NCBI GenBank assembly: GCA_038087875.1 | Contig: CM075988.1 | Span: 18,850,001 to 18,914,000, forward strand | Origin: Malacoraja senta | Lineage: Eukaryota | Length of the DNA: 64,000 nucleotides | Direction: 5' to 3' | Shown: positions 48,796 through 61,514 of the stretch, piece by piece | Position numbering within the stretch: position 1 is the stretch's first letter | How the letters are laid out: the number at the start of each line of letters is the position of its first letter | The notes under the pieces: model-generated | Seen by the model: only the letters and a program-made list of their open reading frames with translations | Databases searched by the model: none | What the model was told of the DNA's origin: nothing | Position numbers and translations under genes: made by a program

Positions 48796-50351
48796 TTACT
48801 TCAAGACTCTGCAAGTCAACTGACCATTGATCTATCACGCTGAGTACTGAGGGTCACCTTTATAAAATCACTTGCTGAAGCAGCATATTCATAAATCAAT
48901 AATGTGGTTGATCACTGAAAATAAGGTCAAATAATAAAACCAGACACAGGTTCATATCAAGAAATATAAACCTGAAACACAAAAGGATTCACTTAAATGC
49001 ATTAAGCTTGTCTTGGAATATTGTGCATATTTTGTCTTTGTTTAACCAAAAGTGAGGGTCCATAAATGATTTGCAAGGATATTAAAGTCATTGGGCTATA
49101 TAGCACAGCAATAAACCCAAAACTCAACGGGTTACTCCAGCATTTTGTGTCTATCTTCAGTGTAAACCAGCATTTGCGGTTCCTTCCTATACAGAACTGG
49201 GCCCTTTGGCCCACCTTGTCCATGCCAACCATTTTGTCTGCATTTGCCCCTATTAGCCCTCTATACCATTTCTATCCAAATGTCTCTTAGTTGGATCTGC
49301 TTCCTCTGGCAGTTCATTCCAGATATGGACTACCCAAACGAGTAAAAACATTTCCCCTGAGATCCCTCTTAAATCTCTCCCATCTCACCTTAAGCCCCTT
49401 TAATTTTAGAATCCTCTACCCTGGGGATAAAAGAATGTGAGCGTTCATTTTATCCGTGCCCCTCGTGACTTTGTATCCCTCGATAAGGTCACTTCTCAGC
49501 CTCCTCACTCCAAAGAAAAACGCCCCAACTCATCTGGCATCCTGGTGAATCTCTTCTGCACCTTTTCCAATTTACTGACATCCCTCCTGAAGCTGGGTGA
49601 CCAGAAGCGAGGAAATTAATTCATTGGGAAACAGGTTGTTTCCCTTTTCTTCTATGATGACTGTGGACTGAAGACTTTAAAATAACAAAGACTCCAACAG
49701 GAGTGAATTGAGCGAGAAGCAGAATCCACAACTAGAATGGTCTCTAATAAATCAAGAAGATGTGGAAGGTGACTTGGAGGATCACAATATCACACACTAT
49801 TTCTTGACCTCTTTCACTGTTGTCATGTCAGTGAAATAAAACCAACATTCATATAATCTCCTGCCTGCAGAGCCACAGGGATTGGTAGCATGGGCAGATA
49901 TACGGATAGGAAGGTTTTAGAGGGCCATGGGCAAATGGGACTAGCCCAGGATGCCAACTTGGTCAGCATGGACAAGGTGGGCTGAAGGGCCTGTTTCCAT
50001 GCTGCAGTACAACACCACAGTACAACACAGGAACAGGCCCTCAATGTCTTTACAGAACATGATGTCAAGTGAAACTAATCTTCTCTACATGAGCATAATC
50101 CAAATCCCTGCATATCCATGTGTATATCTAAAAGCCACCTAAATGTCACTATCGCTTCTGTGTCCATCATCCCTGTAGCTCTATGACTCAAACTATGGAA
50201 ACTGCGGCCACAGATTTACTCTTCCTCAATGTGGGAATTATTTTCAAGATCATTGGATAAATGGTCAGGACCTCAAGGTTGCAAAGGTGGGGGCTGAACA
50301 CTACACATCCATTTCTAATCTTCATTGGAGATAATGAACAAGCATGAGAAC

Positions 50352-50905
50352 AGTGCGGCACTGCGCTGCAGTTTGTCGAGCGGCTGCCTCACAAAGCCAG
50401 AGACCCGGGTTCGATCCTGACTCTGGGTGCTGTCTGTGTGGAGTTTGCACATTCTCCCTTTGACTGAATAGGTTTTCCCTGGTTGCTCCGTGTTTCATCC
50501 CACATAGAGTCATCGAGTCATAGAGTGATACAGTGTGGATACAGGCCCTTCGGCCTAACTTGCCCACACCGGCCAACATGTCCCAGCTACACTGATCCCA
50601 CCTGCCCGTGTTTGGTCCATATCCTTCCAAACCTGTCCTATCCATGCACCTGTCTAACTGTTTCTTAAATGTTGGGATAGACCCAGCCTCAACTACCTCC
50701 TCTGGCAGCTTGTTCCATACACCCACCACCCTTTGTGTGAAAAAGACATGTCCCAAATGCGTGTGGTTTTGTAGTTTAAGTGACCTCTGTAAATTGCCCA
50801 CTAGTGTGCAAAAGTGAGACAACAGAACTAGTGTGAGTGGGTGATCGATGGTCAGCGTGGATTTGAGGTGCTGTAGGGCCTGTTTCCAGGCCGTATCTCT
50901 GAACA
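50352..50905 (+). mobile_element. SINE with a nested reverse CR1 3' end (~50505-50745)
   Basis: B box GGTTCGATCC at ~50408. The CR1 WNKLPEEVVEAG is on the minus strand. The SINE resumes at ~50746. Confidence 0.75.
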
Positions 50906-50919
50906 TCTGATTGAATGGT

Positions 50920-51130
50920 TGTGGCGCTGTAGAGAGCTGCGGCAATTCATGTTCGTACTGCAGCGAACTCCCCTCAGGACCTGGATTTGAATCCAACCAA
51001 GACAGATGGCATGAAATTCTTTAATGGTTAATTGAGGGCATTAATGAGATTATTTTGGGCCGTCTCAACCTAGTTCCCTGCTCGTATTATTTCTTGTCCC
51101 ATAACTTGGCACTAAATTGACGTTAATTAA
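50920..51130 (+). mobile_element. Possible ancient SINE relic (LF-SINE-like)
   Basis: B-box-like GATTTGAATCC. GTCTCAACCTAGTTCC and TTGGCACTAAATTG resemble LF-SINE motifs as I recall them; not verified by alignment. Confidence 0.35.
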
Positions 51131-52773
51131 CAAAGCTGACTGGGTGACCATTGGGGAACAGAGGCAGCAAGTGAAAAATGTTAAGTAAAGGTAACATGGG
51201 GATATGATTAAGACTGGAACTAAGATGCACTCTCAGAAAAACAGCGGGGACAAGAACTGGCAATGTTTGTTTGTTGCAAGAAGCCACTGCTGCTTTTGAA
51301 CACTTCTATGCCATTGCAACAACGCCGGTCTCCATTTATGTAACACCTTTCCCACAGCAGAACTGTCCTGATGCACTTGAAAGCGATGCTGGTGTCTGTC
51401 TGCAAGTGGTCTCATTGCCTCATCTGATACTCGTAGCTAGCAAAGGGAAATCAAGACCTGATAGAAGTATATAAAATTATACCCTATACGGGTATATGCG
51501 GTAGACAGTCCAGAACCTTTTTCCCAGGGCGGTAATGTCATAGACCAGAATGCGTAGCTTTAAGGTTTCAGGAGATTTGTGGGTGCAAGTTCCACACAGA
51601 GGGTGGTGGGGTCTGGAATGTTCACTTACAATGATATTTTAATGGGGACTGTGATAGCCATTGTTAAGGAAATGGAGCTCTCTGGCATAGATTAGTGGTG
51701 GGGTCTGGAATGTGCTGCCAGGGGTGGTGGTGGAAACAGATACAATAGTGCCGTTTAAGGGTTTCAGTTTAGAGATACAGCGTGGATCAGACCCTTTCGG
51801 CCCACCGAGTCCACGCCTACCGCTGATCACCCGCACACTAGTTGTCCCATGTTATCCCACTTTTGCATCCTGGGTGCTTGGTGGGTCAAAAGGTCTTTGT
51901 CTTGCTATATCGCTCTATATTTCCTTCAGTCCACTTACAATGATATTTTAATGGAGACTGTGATAGCCATTGGTAAGGAAATGCAGCTCTCTGCCAAAGA
52001 TTAATGATCAAACCATCCTTTATTTCTCTGTTGGTGAATGCACTGTGCTTGAACCAGACCTCCATTCCCAGATTGTTTTTGACTGACATTAAAACACAGT
52101 GTGAACCTGCCTGTCACTGTACCACACTACAATTGTCGATTATATAATTGGGCTGGGTGCCGAATGTTTCTTCCAGATGTTTATTTATATCCTCATGAGT
52201 TGTGCATCATGAGCAGCGATTTTAAACAGCCTGATTCCAATATTGTTCCCGAATGAATGGCAGGGGATGGACAAAAACGATCCCAGGAATAAGGACACTT
52301 TTCCTTTTGATCCCAAGCAGGAAAGCAGTGAGTTATAAAATGGAGACATAAGGAATTGCAGATGCTTGTAGTCCTGAGTAAAACACAACGTTCTGGAGTG
52401 AAGGACATGGGGGAACAACAAGAACAAACAAATGGGGGAGACATTCAGCCTGTCAAGACACATCTGTGGCAAGAGGAATTAAAGTACCTTGACTAATACT
52501 TACAGTCAATCTTTTTCACTGGATCTCAGGACAGAGAACATACTACAGCACAGGAAAAGGTCCTTCGGCGCTGAGATGCGGTGGAGGTGCTGAAGATGAT
52601 GGCAAGTTATACTAATCCCCTTTCTCCCTGTACATGATCCATATCCCTCCACTCACTATATTGGCTCCATTACTTATCCATGAACCTATCTAAAAGCCTC
52701 TTAAATGCCGCTATCTTATCTGCCGATCACAACCACTCCTGGCAACATGTTCCAGACACCCACCAATCTCAGT

Positions 52774-53036
52774 TCATAAGTGATAGGAGTTGAATTAGGC
52801 CATTCTGCCCATCACGTCTACTCCGCCATTCAATCATGGCTGATCTATCTTTCCCTCTCAACCCCATTCTCTTGCTTTCTCCCCCATAACCCCTGACACC
52901 CGTTCTAATGTGTGTCAGAGGTTATGGGGAGAAGGTGCAAGAATGGGGTTAGGAGGTAGAGATAGATCAGCCATGATTGAATGGTGGAGTAGACTTGATG
53001 GGCAGAATGGCCTAATTCAACTCCTATCGCTTATGA
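52774..53036. repeat. ~125-bp inverted repeat made of CR1 3'UTR
   Basis: Arms 52774-52899 and 52912-53036 with a 12-nt loop. Confidence 0.85.
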
Positions 53037-53714
53037 TCTTATGATCTAATCAACACTTTATCAATCTCCAACAAAAATATCCATTGACTTGGCCTCCACA
53101 GCCTTCAGTGTGGGGAAAAAATAAACTAACCTCACACATATCCTTTAAATGTTGTCCCTCTCACCTTAAAGCTACGCTCTCTAGTCTTTGACATTTCCAC
53201 CCAGGGATAAAGGTTCAGACTGTCTCCATCCTACACTATACTCTGCACTCGCTTTGCGCTACTATTGTGCACACGCGTGGCATGATTTGACTGGATAGCT
53301 TGCAAAACAAAGTATTTCACTGTATCTCAGTACATGTGACAATAATAAAGCTATGCCAATTTGTTTTTTAAATAAGGATCAGTGAGAGACATTATCAGGA
53401 CACGGCAACTTGCTGAGGCAATCAGAACCTATTTTCAATCCAGTACACAGGCAATCAGACAGAGCAAATCAAAATGGCCCTAAGATGAATGTTACTCCCA
53501 GTCACCGGGGCCAGACGTTTCACAGGCACAAGCAGGGAACAATGCAGATAAAAGACTGCACCAAATGCCGAAACTAATATGCACAGGCTGATACAACTAT
53601 AGGAAACATAACATAGTCCGCATCACCAACTCATCTGCACAAGAACAACCAAGTCTTTCAATTTATTGCAAAAAAACAAAGTGCTGAATGAACTCAAGCA
53701 TCTTTTTACTTTCG

Positions 53715-54012
53715 CTTAGCGATACTGCGCGGAAACAGGCCCTTCGGCCCACCGAGTCCGGGCCGACCAGCGATCCCCACACACCACCACTATCCTACAT
53801 ACACCAGGGACAATTTACAGTTATACCAAGCCAATTAACCTACAAACCTGTATGTCTTTGAAGTGTGGGAGGAAACCAGAGCTCCCGGAGAAAACCCATG
53901 TGGGACATGGGGAGAAGGTACAAACTCCGTGCGGAGAAGCACCCGTAGTCAGGATCGAACCCGGGTCTCTGGCGCTGTAAGGCAGCAACTCTACCGCTGC
54001 GCCACCGCACCA
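53715..54012 (-). mobile_element. HE1/V-SINE-like SINE, full length
   Basis: A and B boxes on the minus strand, core and tail. Confidence 0.85.
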
Positions 54013-54904
54013 CCCAGTGTTTATGAGGCCTTTGTTGAATTTCCTGCCAGATTCGCCGCCCTGCTTCCAAAACTGACTTCAACACCACCGTACCATTAGA
54101 GACATTTAAAGTTGTACCCAGTCAAAATTAGTTTAGTTTAGACTATCTTTGAAGAAGAGCTTGGGAGCTTTCAAATGTATGAGATAACTCTGATGTTTTC
54201 AGACTACAGAATTTAGTTATTTTAATTGTGATTGAACATTCACTGCTTGGTTGTAAGATATCCAAGTGAAATACAATATGAGCGAAACATAAACCAGCAT
54301 CACAGATCAGATATATCATTCATGGATACAATCAAGTTAAACTCCAGTTACTCTGGCTTTTTGCGTCCAGTACAAGTACAATAGGGATAGCAAAGAAGAA
54401 GGTACAGAGTGCAGAATATAATAGCGTAGACAAAAATGCTGGAGAAACTCAGCAGGTGAGGCAGCATCTATGGTGCGAAGGAATGGGTGACGGATATAAC
54501 AGGGCATCAGTTCCATGGACAACGTCCAATGTCTGCAATGGGGTAGAGGTGAATCGGACAGTACCCCAGCTGATGGAAGGACCATTCAGAAGACTGATAG
54601 TAGCCTGATACTCACTCTGATATTTTTCTCTTTGCACTACATGTTGAACTTGTGCATAGGCTGATTTGATTTGACTAGATAGCATGCAAACATAAGCTTT
54701 TCGCTGTATCTCAGTACAAGTGACAATAATAAACTAACACTGAGATCAACACAATAGAGGTATCACCTGTTTGCTCAGTTGGATGGGAAATGATCGTAGA
54801 ATGCCCTCTTGTTTCCTGGCCAATGCTCCTTTATCATCCACCATCCTTGAGGCACTGACCATCATCACTCTGCTGCCTGGCTAACTTGGCTACAGTAAGT
54901 GTAA

Positions 54905-55226
54905 AGGGCCTGTCCCACTGTACGAGGTACTTCAAGAGTTCTCCCGAGTTTCCCCTGATTCGAACTCGGAAATTCAATTCAATTCAAAATTACGGTAATA
55001 GCCATTCGTAGGTGCTCGGGGTTCTCGTGGACATTTTTCACAGTGCTGAAAAAACTTCACGAGTTACCACGTTTCCCGAGTACCTGCCGTTAGCATTACA
55101 AGCCGCTACGAGACATCCATGAGCTCCAACGTAGCCGCTGCATACATTCTACGTACTTACCACGAGCTTGATTTTTTTAATACTCGGGAGAGCTCTTGAA
55201 TTGCCTCGTACAGTGGGACAGGCCCT
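54905..55226. mobile_element. PIF/Harbinger-type MITE
   Basis: Perfect TIR AGGGCCTGTCCCACTGTACGAGG, flanked by TAA and TTA. Confidence 0.85.
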
Positions 55227-55606
55227 TTAGGAAGTCACGTTGCAGCTCTGTAGGACTTTGTTTGGTGGTGAATCTGTGGAATTCTTTGCAACAGAAGGCT
55301 GCGGAGGTCGTCAGTGAATATATTCAAGGTCGAGATAGACAGATTCTTGATTAGTATGGGTGTCAGAGGTTATGGGGAGAAGGCAGGGGAATGGGGTTAG
55401 GAGGGAGAGATAGATCATCCATGATTGAATGGCGTGGATTTGATGGACCAAATGGCCTAATTCTGCTCCATTCACTTATGATCTGTTTAGGCTGCATTTG
55501 GAGTATTGCCTGCAGTTCTGGTCGTCCCATTACAGGAAGTAATGGAATGGGTGCAGAAGAGGTTTAACAGAACAATGCCTGGATTAAAGAGTATTAGCTA
55601 TAAGGA

Positions 55607-55720
55607 TAGCTTAGGATATAGCTCTGACGAAGGGTCTCAACCCGAAATGTCACCCATATCTCCTCTCCAGAGATGCTGCCTTTCCCGCTGAGATATTCCC
55701 GCTTTTTGTGTCTATCTTCG
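55607..55720 (+). mobile_element. 114-bp Penelope-derived hammerhead module inserted in CR1
   Basis: TSD ATTAGCTATAAGGA at 55593-55606 and 55721-55734. Core CTGACGA-A-GGGT-CTCA-ACCC-GAAAT-GTC at 55624-55651. Confidence 0.8.
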
Positions 55721-55994
55721 ATTAGCTATAAGGAGACATTGGACAGACTTGGAATTTTTTTCTCTGGAGCATCAGAGGTTGAGGGGAGACCTGACAGAAG
55801 TATATACAATTATGAGAGACATAGATTACATGGAGTCAGACCTTTTTTTTCAGGTTAGAAAATTCAAATACTAGATGGCATAGCTTTAAGTCGAGCGAGG
55901 CAAAGTTTAAAGGAGATGTGCAGGACATGGGTTTTACACACAGTGTTCTATGTAAAATATTTCTTTCTCTGCAAGAAATTGTTAGGAATTGCGC

Positions 55995-56345
55995 ATGCAG
56001 CCCAGACCATCACATAGATCAACCTCCCTTCCATTGGTTCCATTTATACCTCACGCTGCCTGGGCAAGGCCAGCAGCATAATCAAGGGTGACTCGCACCC
56101 TGGCCACTCCCTCTTCTCCCCTCTCCCATCAGGCAAAAGGTATAGAAGTGTGAAAACGCACAGCTCCAGATTCGGGGAAAGTTTCTTCCCACCTGTTATC
56201 AGGCAACTGAACCATCCTAGCACCAATTAGAGAGCGATCTACCATCTACCTCATTGGAGACCTTGCTGACTGGTTAGCACGCAACAAAAGCTTTCCTGTG
56301 TACCTCAGTACACGTGACACTAAACTAACCTGAACTAAACTAAAA
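55995..56345 (+). mobile_element. Rex1/Babar-clade LINE 3' end
   Basis: IIKGDSHPGHSLFSPLPSGKRYRS...SFFP in frame on the + strand. Confidence 0.75.
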
Positions 56346-57044
56346 AATGGTGACTGTAAACTATTCCGACCCTTCTCGAGTGAGTGTGAAAGGAGCTACA
56401 GGAATGGAAATCTTCTTTCCTATGTTGGCAGCACTGGAAGGTGTCTAGTCCCCATGGGTTTATGCAAAGTCAGGTTGGTGGAGAACACACATCAAATCCA
56501 ACCATTGTAAGTTGACAAAAGCCATTATGTCCTATTTGGGAATGTGGATTGATGTGAGGAGGTAGCGGGCTGCCAAGGTTTGGCGACTGATTGTCACCGT
56601 GTCTGGTTCTGCTGTCGTGAAGGCATCAGAACCAGAAAGCTGTCATAATCCATTAGGATCCTCCTGGATGGCTTGCTGAATTATTCAATAGATCTATTCC
56701 CTTTTAAACAAGTGGTTGTGTACTAGAATGAAATCAGAGCGCAACAAAAAAATGATTTGAAAGTCAGCGTGCTGTGCATCTGACGATCACGCACCTGAAA
56801 GCAATGGGGGGGGATTTGATCCACTGACTCCAAAGACAGTACAGATTTGTAGGCTAATTGGCTTGGTATAATTGTACATTGTTCCTAGTATGTGTAGGAG
56901 CTTGTTAGTGTGCAGGGATTGCTGGTCGGCGCCAACTCTGTGGGCCGAAGGACACGTTTCCACGCTGTATCTCTAAACTAAACTGTATCTCGAAACTAAA
57001 CTAAACATTTGTATGCATTTCATGAGCCTTTAATCATTGAGGAT

Positions 57045-57407
57045 CATCTGTACAAAATCATGAGAGGAATAGATCGGGTAGACGCACAGCGTCTCTTGCC
57101 CAGAGAAGGGGAATTTAGAGCCAGAGATCTTAGGTGAGGGGGGAAAGATTTAATAGGAACCTGCGGGGTAACTTTTTCACACAAACGGTGGTACATGTAT
57201 GGAACGAGCTGCCAGAGGAAGTGGTTGAGGCAGGGACTATTGCAACCTTTAAGAAGCATTTAGACGGGTACTTGGATAGCACAGGTATGGAGGGATATGG
57301 GCCAAATGCAGGGAGGTGGGACTAGTGTAGATGGGACATATTGGTCGGTGTGGGAAAGTTGGGTCAAAGGTCCTGTTTCCACGCTGTAAGACTCTATGAC
57401 TATGACT
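57045..57407 (+). mobile_element. CR1/HER1-like LINE 3' end
   Basis: RGERFNRNLRGNFFTQ..VWNELPEEVVEAG...GYGPNAGRWD*. Confidence 0.85.
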
Positions 57408-57651
57408 GTCAATGCCAATGGCTAAACACTCAATTCAATCAGTCAGCATGCATTCAACAACTTCCAATGCATTGCAATTGTATCTTTCCAATGGCGCAGT
57501 ACAATGGGCACATCTCTGGGCCCCAACATCCTCCGTCTGCACTGCTGCACCTTGGTCATCCATCCATTCTTCAGTAAGAAGTCCAGAGGATCAAGACAAA
57601 CAAGTGTCTTCCCACCCACCTGATCTTCAATGTTCTTCAATGACCTGACCC

Positions 57652-58186
57652 ACAGGTGCACAGTAGAGAGCATGCTGACCAGTTGCATCGTGGCTTGGTT
57701 TGGCAACTTGAGCTGCCAGGAGCGGAAAAGACTACAATAAGTAGTAAACACTGCCCAGTCCATCATCGGCTCTGACCTCCCTACCGTCGAGGGGATCTAT
57801 CACAGTCGCTGCCTCAAAAAGGCTGGCAGTATCATCAAGGACCCACACCATCCTGGCCACACACTCATCTCCCCGCTACCTTCATGTAGAAGGTACAGGA
57901 GCCTGAAGACTGCAACGTCCAGGTTCAGAAACAGCTTCTTCCCCACAGCCATCGGGCTATTAAACTCAACTGAAACAAATCTCTGAACATTAATAGACTT
58001 TATCTGCTTATTTATTGATGTGTGTATATATTTATTGATGTGTGTATATATTTATATAATGGTATATGGACCCACTGATATGTTTTGTATTCATGCCTTC
58101 TATATTCTGTTGTGCTGAAGCAAAGTAAGAATTTCATTGTCCTATCTGGGACACATGACAATAAACTCTCTTGACTTGACTTGACT
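57652..58186 (+). mobile_element. Rex1/Babar-clade LINE 3' end
   Basis: Plus-strand counterpart of 16918-17455, with a (CTTGA)n tail. Confidence 0.8.
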
Positions 58187-58947
58187 CTCCTAGATTTATG
58201 AAGATACCAATGGCCTGTTAGTCTTCTAATTAGGGTGGCACAGTGGTAAAGCTGCTGCACCACAGTGCCAGTGACCTGCCTCACTGTTTCTTAAATGTTG
58301 GAATAGTCCCTGCCTCAACTACATCCTCTGGCAGCTTGTTCCAAACACCAACCACACTTTGTGTGAAAACCAGATAACAACTCTGCACAATTTCAATGTT
58401 GCAGTCAGCCATTACGGTAGCTAATTCCCATCTGTCAAGCTTGGTGACTGATGGTCTGATATTGATTTGGTGCAGAGAATTTACACACATGTGACTATCC
58501 CCATCTCTGCAATTCTTGTTAAAAAATGACCCTGTTTATTGACAGGTTGCTGTAGTATGATTCCTCTGGACTTTAAACAGATGCTTATTATTTTGAATAA
58601 GTTGACTCGCTGTACAGGCCTGTTCGCTGTTAATCATACAACCTGCCCTGCCTCCAACCTGTTAGCTGATACAAAAGTCAATAAATGCACTCTCTTATAA
58701 CTGTTTCTCATCAAAACATTACAATCTCTGATGTAACATGTTTTATTTGGAACTCCATCATAAGCTAAACCCTATCGGACTTGTTCCTAACTAATTTGCT
58801 GTATAAGGGGAAACTTAATAATTCAAGTCGACATTTCCTAGTTCTGGTGAAGTCAGGAGTAAGGCAAGTTCTAAATTGTAGAGAATGGGAAAAGATGGAA
58901 CCAAGAAAAGGTAAATGCTGGTTACTGACATGGGGCCAGGAATACTG

Positions 58948-59262
58948 GGCGGCCCAGTGGCGCAGCTGGTAGAGCTGCAGTCTCACAGTTCCAGAGATGC
59001 AGGTTCGATCCTAACCTCTGGTGCTGTCTGTGTGGAGTTTGCACTCTCCCTGTGACCTTGTGGGTTTCCTCCGGATGCTGTGGTTTCCTCCCACATCTCA
59101 AAGAGGTGTGGGTTTGCGGGTTAATTGGCCTCTGTAAATAGTTCCTTGGTGTGCAGGAGATGGATGAGAAAGTGGGATAACGGAACCGGTGTGAATGGGT
59201 GATCAATGGGGTGAAGGGGGTGAAGGGCCTATTTCAATGCTGTGTCTCTAATCTAAACTAAA
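58948..59262 (+). mobile_element. HE1/V-SINE-like SINE
   Basis: TGGCGCAGCTGG A box, GGTTCGATCC B box and tail. Confidence 0.8.
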
Positions 59263-59681
59263 AGTCAGGAGTAAGACATGTTCGAAGTTGCAGAGAAAGG
59301 ATAAAGGTGGGGAGAACAAAGTGAAAGTTAGTAACAGACATGAGGCCAAGGGCACTGAATGACACAAGTGGTGGGGTATCAACTGAGAATGGCTGGTGAC
59401 AGGTTGTTCTGTCTGGAGGAGATGTCAAATAACAGATGAATGAGAAGAGACGTAAGGACAATCCAAGAACAGTAGGACGAGAAAGAGTTCACAGGGTTAA
59501 TATTGTAGGCTGATGACTATTTGTAGAACATTGAGCAGTACAGCACAGAAACAGGCCCTTCGGCCCATAATGTCTGTGCTGAATATAATGCTAAGACCAA
59601 CTTTTATCTGCTTGCCACACGATCATTGTCTCTCCATTCCCTGCATATTCCTGTGCCTATCGAAAAGCCTCTTAAATGTTA

Positions 59682-60233
59682 AGGGGCTGTCCCACTGCGG
59701 CGAACTAATTTGCGAGCTTAGAAGAGTTTAGGAGAGTTTCAAAAAATGTCATGTTAAAGACCTCCTTCGACTATGTAGAAGACCTCCTTCGACCTCCTTC
59801 GACTATGTTGAAGACCAGCTACGACTAGCTACGGGAAAATTGGACACCGAATAGTGGAGAGTGAAGACAACGTCCTTCGATCTCCTTTGACCTCCCTTCG
59901 ACTATGTTGAAGACTGTCTGCGACTACCTTCGACTACCCTCGATTACCTACAAATAACATGCCGACCTACTACGACCTACCTCGACTAAACCTACGAGTA
60001 AAAAAGGTATTGATTTTTTCCATGGGGACCTTTTTTTATTCGCGGGCATTTTTCAGCATGTTGAAAAATACGCCGCGACCTAGATGAGGCCTCGAATACG
60101 CGGGGACTACCCTCGAGCATGAAGGAGAGTTACAAAGACCTCCTACGACCTCGTGTCGACCATGCTGCGAGTATGAGTCGAGAGCAAACTCACCAGAACT
60201 CGCGGATTAGATCGTCGCAGTGGGACTGCCCCT
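59682..60233. mobile_element. PIF/Harbinger-type MITE
   Basis: TIRs AGGGGCTGTCCCACTGCG and CGCAGTGGGACTGCCCCT, flanked by TTA and TAA. Internal GACCTCCTTCGAC and CTACGAC repeats. Confidence 0.85.
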
Positions 60234-60639
60234 TAACTATTGTAACTGCCTCCACCTCTACCCTTGGCAGAACATTCCATGCACTGACCCCACTGTGTAA
60301 AAAAGAAAACTTGCCTTAACCATCTCTTTCATCAGAACTTAGATTGGATCAGCCTGCTGGATGCAACATTGAAACTGTCCTTCTTAACTGGTCTTAATGA
60401 AACATTATCATCTTGAGATATTGATTCTCTTTCTCTCTCCACCATGACTGCCTAACCTACCGAGTATTTCCCAGCACTTTCTGTTCATATTTTACATTTA
60501 ATATTGAGGTAATTCACCTTCACCCTCAATGACCAGATGCCCAAAGTCCTTCCAAATCCGTCAAGTCAGCCACACCTTCAACATTAATCAGTCGTAGTGT
60601 CAAATTTTCAGTGAAATGTTTCTGACGAGAAGACATAAG

Positions 60640-61065
60640 ACTGGGCTTATATTCAATGGAATTTAGAAGGATGAGGGGGAATCTTATAGAAAGATATAAA
60701 ATTCTTGAGGGATTGGACAGGCTAGGTGCAGGAAAAATGTTCCCGATGTTGGGGAAGTCTAGAACCGGGGGTCACTGTTTAAGAACAAGGGGTAGGTCAT
60801 TTAGGACTGAGATGAGGAAAATCCTTTTCACCCAGAGAGTTGCGAATCTGTGGAATTCTCTGCCACAGAAGGCAGTGGAGGCCAATTCACTGGATGTTTT
60901 CAAGAGAAAGTTAGATAGAGCTCTTAGGGCTAATGGAATTAAGGGATATGGGGAGAAAGCAGGAACGGGGTACTGATTTCAGATGATCAGCCATGATCAT
61001 ATTAAATGGGAGTGCTGGCTCGAGGGGCCGAATAGTCTACCCCGACACCTATTTTCTATGTTTCT
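60640..61065 (+). mobile_element. CR1 LINE 3' end
   Basis: ORF 60656-60976 EFRRMRGNLIE...WNSLPQKAVEA...GYGEKAGTGY*. Confidence 0.88.
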
Positions 61066-61514
61066 AAAAACAGCGAGGACTGCTTCAAAACTGACTCAGC
61101 AAGACATCTCACTCAACCCTTTGAGTAAGCAGATGTTGTTTGCTTTTATTAAAGAAGCAATGATTGACATCTGACACAGTGAAAGCACATTTAAGTCTCC
61201 TGGGCATTGATTATAGATTTTTGTTTTTACATAAAAGCTTCTTCCCTTGCTGGGTGCTCTGGTGATTTGATTAATTGTGCAGCTTTCAGGAGAACTCCCC
61301 ATGCATCTAGCAGAGTGGCAATTTGTCCATCATCTTGATGAGGCATTCACGGAGTCAGGATCTCACAAGCGACCGACCCATGTGCTTCACGTAGAAAAAT
61401 GCAACGTGACATTTTCAGAACAAATCTCAGAATTTGCACTCTCTTCGCAAACATGGCAAGAGTTTTATATTTTGCATGGAATACACTCTGAATAATTACA
61501 TGATCCTGGGTAAA

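Noticed and set aside
59679..60236. TTAA-target (Kolobok/piggyBac) assignment for the MITEs
   Set aside because: Only this copy fits TTAA on both sides; empty-site reconstruction at 6754-7157 and the flanks at 21700/22049 fit a 3-bp TAA duplication.
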